Below, in pieces: positions 1 to 5,854 of a stretch of 5,854 nt of DNA. The stretch is taken from IMG/VR virus record IMGVR_UViG_2703718791_000015. The stretch is one strand, 5' to 3'. The position numbers were made by a program, and so were the translations under genes. This DNA is from a virus (taxonomy: Duplodnaviria; Heunggongvirae; Uroviricota; Caudoviricetes). The notes beneath the pieces are model-generated. The model ran no database searches. It was given only the letters and a program-made list of their open reading frames with translations, and had not been told where the DNA came from. Position 1 is the stretch's first letter. The number at the start of each line of letters is the position of its first letter.

Positions 1-272
1 TAAAGGTTCTCAGTATGTATCGCTGGCCTACGCGCAGCGGCTTAAGGAAGCCGGATTACTGGCATCAACAGGGAGTACTGGCGACTCGTATGACAACGCG
101 ATGGCTGAGAGCATCAATGGTCTTTACAAAGCGGAGGTAATACACCGTAATAGCTGGAAAAACCGGACAGAAGTGGAACTGGCCACACGAACGTGGGTGG
201 ACTGGTATAACAATCGACGATTGCTGGAAAGGCTGGGCCATATTCCTCCGGCAGAAGCAGAAAAAGCTTATT

Positions 273-2608
<2,336 letters not shown>

Positions 2609-2609
2609 G

Positions 2610-2634
2610 AAAAGCCCGGCGTTCGGGCTTTTCT
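2610..2634. terminator. Bidirectional rho-independent terminator between the convergent tail and helicase operons
   Basis: aaaaGCCCGgcgttCGGGCtttt: 5-bp GC stem (2614-2618 / 2624-2628), 5-nt loop, flanked by an A-run on one side and a T-run on the other, so a U-tract follows the hairpin on either strand. Sits between the spike stop (2608) and the glycosyltransferase-like stop (2655). Confidence 0.7.
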
Positions 2635-2654
2635 GTTATGACGGGTTCAATTTT

Positions 2655-3629
2655 TTATCCGTTACCGCGCGACGGTTTCTGCGTGATAAACGTCTCAAGC
2701 ATCTTTTCCGCAATTGCCGACCAGGTGTGACACTGGACCTTTTCAGCATTTTTCACGCGATCAACGCGAGCAATAACCTCATCCCAATCAATCCGCGACT
2801 TGATAACCATATGGTTCACCAAAGCCAGGCGATCTGGCGGAAGGCAATCGGACGGCGTTAATATCAACGCCCCACACATTGCCGCCTCAAGAACAGTTAA
2901 TCCAAGGCTTTCGGGATGCGTAACGATAAAAACGTCACTCTTACGCAATTCAGCTGCAAATTCGGTTGCTGGTACCGGCGTCCGTCTGTATGGAGTTACC
3001 GAAATATTCCCCGGATCAATGGTAACCAATCCGTCATCGGTCAACGTTCTGGCCTCATACGGAACAGTCAGACGCTGAAGGTTCATAAGGATACTTAAGG
3101 AGTGATCAAACCCACTAACATCAAATGCAGCGTGGTCTACAAAAATACGCAGAACATCGTCTGTTTTGGTTTCCAGATGGAACAGCTCCTGATTCGCTGC
3201 CCATCCAACATGTTTGTTAAAGCGATTATGACGCTCTAACCTGCCGGGATTATCCAGGTACCGCCAGGTATCATCGCGGACAGTAAAAGTAATATCAACT
3301 GGTGCTGAATCCAGCATAGAACCGTCGTATACCTGAGCTACCCATCCAGTGAATCGACGACGCAGTTGCACACCTATTTCCCTGGGCACCGTAGTAAAAT
3401 ACCGCAATCCTGGCGCTAAAATGGCTTTCGCAGAACACGAGAGCGCAGCGGTCAACACAGCTTCAACATAATCCTCCGGGCTTTCGACGCCGGGAGAATA
3501 TGGACGATGGTATTGCAATGTTACCCCAGCCTCACTAAAGGCGCAGGCCAGGTTGTAAGCCCACATTTCCGTATATGTTTTCACATCACTGATAGCTTCA
3601 AATTTTCGCCCAATGATCAGGATGTTCAT
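2655..3629 (-). CDS. GT-B fold glycosyltransferase-like protein (GT4-type E-x7-E motif); substrate unknown
   Basis: 324-aa ORF with SD AAGGAG 5 nt before the ATG (ATG = revcomp of 3627-3629); its start overlaps the upstream stop as ATGA. C-terminal SDVFIVTHPESLGLTVLEAAMCGALILTPSD matches the canonical GT4 motif (compare ESFGLVLLEAMAAGTPVIA); N-terminus MNILIIGRKF is a typical GT-B start. The call is by motif only. Confidence 0.6.
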   Translation of the reverse strand: MNILIIGRKFEAISDVKTYTEMWAYNLACAFSEAGVTLQYHRPYSPGVESPEDYVEAVLTAALSCSAKAILAPGLRYFTTVPREIGVQLRRRFTGWVAQVYDGSMLDSAPVDITFTVRDDTWRYLDNPGRLERHNRFNKHVGWAANQELFHLETKTDDVLRIFVDHAAFDVSGFDHSLSILMNLQRLTVPYEARTLTDDGLVTIDPGNISVTPYRRTPVPATEFAAELRKSDVFIVTHPESLGLTVLEAAMCGALILTPSDCLPPDRLALVNHMVIKSRIDWDEVIARVDRVKNAEKVQCHTWSAIAEKMLETFITQKPSRGNG

Positions 3630-3928
3630 TGCGTCTCCTTTTCCCTGACTAAAAGCTCATCCAGCTTGCTTTTATGTTTGAGCACATAGCCACATATTTT
3701 TCCTTTGGAGCTAATTTGCGGAATGGAATAATATTCCGAAAATACTAATTCAGCCTTTTCTAAGACAAGTGAAACACCATAGCGCGCAACATGTCTGTCG
3801 ATCATTTTTGCATCTCTGAGATTACCTTTAATTGATAGCCAGTCGTTGAGGTACATATGGTTGCGATTGGCTTTTTTCAGCATGTCGCTCAACCAATTTT
3901 TATTACGCTTAGTTAGTTTCCGTTGCAT
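3626..3928 (-). CDS. Small basic protein of unknown function, translationally coupled to the helicase (possibly the counterpart of P1 dbn by position; not verified)
   Basis: 100 aa starting MQRKLTKRNKNW..., rich in Lys/Arg. ATG (revcomp of 3926-3928) overlaps the helicase TGA stop (3928-3930) as TGATG; SD AGAGGA lies 6 nt upstream. The ORF track starts 1 codon earlier at a TTG. Confidence 0.65.
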   Translation of the reverse strand: MQRKLTKRNKNWLSDMLKKANRNHMYLNDWLSIKGNLRDAKMIDRHVARYGVSLVLEKAELVFSEYYSIPQISSKGKICGYVLKHKSKLDELLVREKETQ

Positions 3929-5292
3929 CAATAATCCTCTTGCCAGTCAGCACCAGCATAGTTATCAAACCGTGAGTATTGGCCGTTAAAAGCCAATCTC
4001 ACCGTGCCAATTGGGCCATTTCGTTGCTTACCGATAATCACCTCGGCAATGCCCTTCATTTCGCTATCCGGGTGATAAACTTCGTCGCGATACAGAAACA
4101 TGATCAGGTCTGCGTCCTGCTCAATTGCTCCTGATTCACGTAAATCTGAATTTACCGGTCGTTTGTCCGCACGCTGTTCAAGTGAACGATTAAGTTGTGA
4201 CAATGCCACCACCGGTACTTGTAATTCCTTCGCCAAAGCCTTCAGTGAGCGAGAAATCTCGGCAATTTCCAGCGTTCGGTTATCTTGCAGCTCGGGGACG
4301 CGCATAAGTTGCAGGTAGTCGATCATAATCATGCTCAAACCACCATTTTCTTTATAAACACGACGAGCGCGGGAACGAAGCTCTGTAGGTGTCAGGGCGC
4401 TTGAGTCATCAATAAAAATATTTTGCTTGTCCAACAGAATCCCCATTGCGCCAGAAACCCGCGCCCAATCCTCGTCGTTAAGTTGCCCTGTTCGAATACG
4501 AGTCTGATCAACGCGTGCAAGAGAAGCCAGTGAGCGCATCATCAGCTGGTGGCTCGGCATCTCAAGGCTAAAAACCAATACGGGCTTATAGTTACGGACT
4601 GCGGCATTTTCGACGAGATTCATCGCAAACGTGGTCTTCCCCATAGATGGGCGGGCGGCGACAATGATGAGATCGGACGGCTGAAGCCCTGCCGTCTTCT
4701 TATTGAGATCGGTAAATCCCGTATCAAGCCCCGTTACACCATCATGTGGTCGCTGAAACAACTCTTCTATGCGAGATACCGTTGCATCGAGAATGCTGGC
4801 GATATCTTTTGGACCACTACCGCTCTTTTGTCGTTTTTCAGCTATTTCAAAAACGCGGCGCTCGGCCATATCCAGCAATTCATTGCTGCCCCTGCCATCC
4901 TGCGCATATCCAGCTTCGGCTATTTCATTTGCGACGGAAATCATTTCACGAACAACCGCGCGTTCACGAACGATATCTGCATAAGCACAAATATTTGCCG
5001 CGCTGGGCGTGTTCTTTGACATCTCCGCAAGGTACGCAAAACCACCGGCGCGTTCTAATTTACCGTTCTGTTCAAGTGCTTCAGCAAGTGTTATCAAATC
5101 AATCGGTTTGCCATGACTTAATAACCTCTCCATCTCACTGAAAATTTCACGATGAGCACTGGTATAAAAATCATCAGCAACTATACGATCTGCAACTTCA
5201 TCCCAGCGGCAGTTATCAAGCATTAAGCCACCAAGTACAGCTTGTTCTGCACTAAGGGAATTTGGCATGGATTCAAGAGGGGATGCAGACAT
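3928..5292 (-). CDS. ban: DnaB-family replicative DNA helicase, phage-encoded paralog (P1 Ban-like)
   Basis: 454 aa from ATG (revcomp of 5290-5292) with SD GGAG 5 nt upstream; the ORF track's 5298 start is an upstream GTG. Walker A (ARPSMGKTTF) and long stretches that are near-identical to E. coli DnaB as I recall it (LQPSDLIIVAARPSMGKTTFAMNLVENAA, LEIAEISRSLKALAKEL, ALSQLNRSLEQRADKRPVNSDLRESG, IIGKQRNGPIGTVRL). A tail-gene and tRNA context means this is not chromosomal dnaB; the ban symbol is a best guess. Confidence 0.93.
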   Translation of the reverse strand: MSASPLESMPNSLSAEQAVLGGLMLDNCRWDEVADRIVADDFYTSAHREIFSEMERLLSHGKPIDLITLAEALEQNGKLERAGGFAYLAEMSKNTPSAANICAYADIVRERAVVREMISVANEIAEAGYAQDGRGSNELLDMAERRVFEIAEKRQKSGSGPKDIASILDATVSRIEELFQRPHDGVTGLDTGFTDLNKKTAGLQPSDLIIVAARPSMGKTTFAMNLVENAAVRNYKPVLVFSLEMPSHQLMMRSLASLARVDQTRIRTGQLNDEDWARVSGAMGILLDKQNIFIDDSSALTPTELRSRARRVYKENGGLSMIMIDYLQLMRVPELQDNRTLEIAEISRSLKALAKELQVPVVALSQLNRSLEQRADKRPVNSDLRESGAIEQDADLIMFLYRDEVYHPDSEMKGIAEVIIGKQRNGPIGTVRLAFNGQYSRFDNYAGADWQEDY

Positions 5293-5578
5293 TAGCACTC
5301 CACCCAGGCGTGCTGAATGTCAGATATAATCGGCATACTCAAATCACTCCTAACGATATGAGTCATCACCAGAAAATCAGGATTAATGCGCCGGACTCTT
5401 CCCGGCTGTCACACCGAATCGCCAGGATGGTGAATCCCTTTACCCGAGAAACAACAAACGGTGGCTTGCACATTCCGGCTACCTGGTTCGTTGCCTGAGC
5501 TAGGGGCAAGGTTCCCCCCTTTTAACGTCACCAGACCGCTAACGACGCATGTGCCAGACGCCGTGTTACAACCAAATA

Positions 5579-5654
5579 TGGTGGCCCCTACCGGACTTGA
5601 ACCGGTGACCGTGCGATTATGAGTCGCCAGCTCTAACCACTGAGCTAAAGGGCC
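5579..5654 (-). tRNA. tRNA with CAU anticodon, most similar to tRNA-Ile2 (lysidine-type, decodes AUA); elongator tRNA-Met not formally excluded
   Basis: 76-nt cloverleaf on the - strand: GGCCCTT-TA-GCTC-AGTGGTTA-GAGC-T-GGCGA-CTCATAA-TCGCA-CGGTC-ACCGG-TTCAAGT-CCGGT-AGGGGCC-A-CCA. 7-bp acceptor stem, 5-bp T stem, T-loop TTCAAGT, encoded CCA, anticodon CAT. Closely resembles E. coli ileX as recalled and is unlike E. coli elongator tRNA-Met. One non-canonical G27:A43 pair. Confidence 0.88.
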
Positions 5655-5657
5655 GGA

Positions 5658-5765
5658 TTACTGTTTCCTGAGTGCTTCTATGACGCCAGCAATACCGCCT
5701 ACAACTATGCCAGCAATGACAACGAGAACAATTGGATGCTTGTCAGCAAAATCCCAGAAGCCCAT
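5658..5765 (-). CDS. Putative small hydrophobic (single transmembrane helix) peptide, 35 aa
   Basis: Not in the ORF track (too short). Minus-strand ATG (revcomp of 5763-5765) to TAA (5658-5660) encodes MGFWDFADKHPIVLVVIAGIVVGGIAGVIEALRKQ. SD AAGGA lies 6 nt upstream, and the ATG overlaps the upstream ORF's TGA as TGATG. The stop is 3 nt from the tRNA 5' end. Confidence 0.45.
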   Translation of the reverse strand: MGFWDFADKHPIVLVVIAGIVVGGIAGVIEALRKQ

Positions 5766-5854
5766 CACTGATCCTTAGAAGCTGTTTTTAATATCGGCCA
5801 TACCAATGTTACAGCTACTGCCACCAATGAACCGCCCCGGAAATCCTGGAGACT
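5765..5854 (-). CDS. 3' end of an unidentified minus-strand gene entering from the right edge (last 29 codons only)
   Basis: Open frame from the window edge to TGA (5765-5767), C-terminus ...SLQDFRGGSLVAVAVTLVWPILKTASKDQ. Its stop overlaps the start of the small peptide ORF. Too short to assign a family. Confidence 0.35.
   Translation of the reverse strand, partial: SLQDFRGGSLVAVAVTLVWPILKTASKDQ

Noticed and set aside
3507-3689. 60-aa plus-strand ORF spanning the junction of the basic-protein and glycosyltransferase-like genes
   Set aside because: Antisense to two coupled genes, no RBS, low-complexity Ser/Leu-rich translation.
4100-5141. Plus-strand ORFs (4100..4318, 4549..5019, 4746..5141, 4769..4984) inside the helicase gene
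   Set aside because: Antisense to the DnaB-family helicase; overlapping shadow frames rich in Arg, Ser and Cys.
5293-5400. Sigma70 promoter and P1 C1-operator upstream of the helicase
   Set aside because: Candidate hexamers (TTAGGA / TTATAT with 18-bp spacing) are weak, and no match to the recalled C1 operator consensus ATTGCTCTAATAAATTT was found on either strand; transcription may start upstream of the tRNA.
5262-5498. 78-aa plus-strand ORF in the tRNA-helicase spacer
   Set aside because: Overlaps the helicase start region on the opposite strand, has no SD, and the region is more plausibly regulatory or leader sequence.
5293-5578. Phage attachment site or integration junction next to the tRNA
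   Set aside because: Integrative elements duplicate the 3' end of a tRNA; the similarity here is only about 14 nt of the 5' end, and no integrase is present in the window.

Overview
The window reads as a segment of a P1-like enterobacterial phage or phage-plasmid with an insertion sequence at its left edge. On the + strand: the 3' end of an IS3-family transposase (2..307), then a three-gene contractile-tail baseplate block (uncharacterised tail protein 273..965, gpD-like hub 967..1983, gpV-like spike 1976..2608) closed by a bidirectional hairpin terminator (2610..2634). Converging on the - strand: tRNA-Ile(CAU) (5579..5654), a DnaB-family replicative helicase resembling P1 Ban (3928..5292), a 100-aa basic protein (3626..3928) and a 324-aa protein with a GT4-type glycosyltransferase motif (2655..3629); the last three are translationally coupled. 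Upstream of the tRNA on the - strand is a 35-codon hydrophobic ORF (5658..5765) coupled to a partial ORF entering from the right edge. The best candidate for an undescribed system is the helicase-coupled pair of small basic protein plus glycosyltransferase-like protein; the tRNA-Ile(CAU) matched to AUA-rich tail genes and the small membrane peptide are secondary leads. Protein-family calls rest on motif recognition and recalled similarity, not on any search, and the P1 gene-name equivalences are uncertain.
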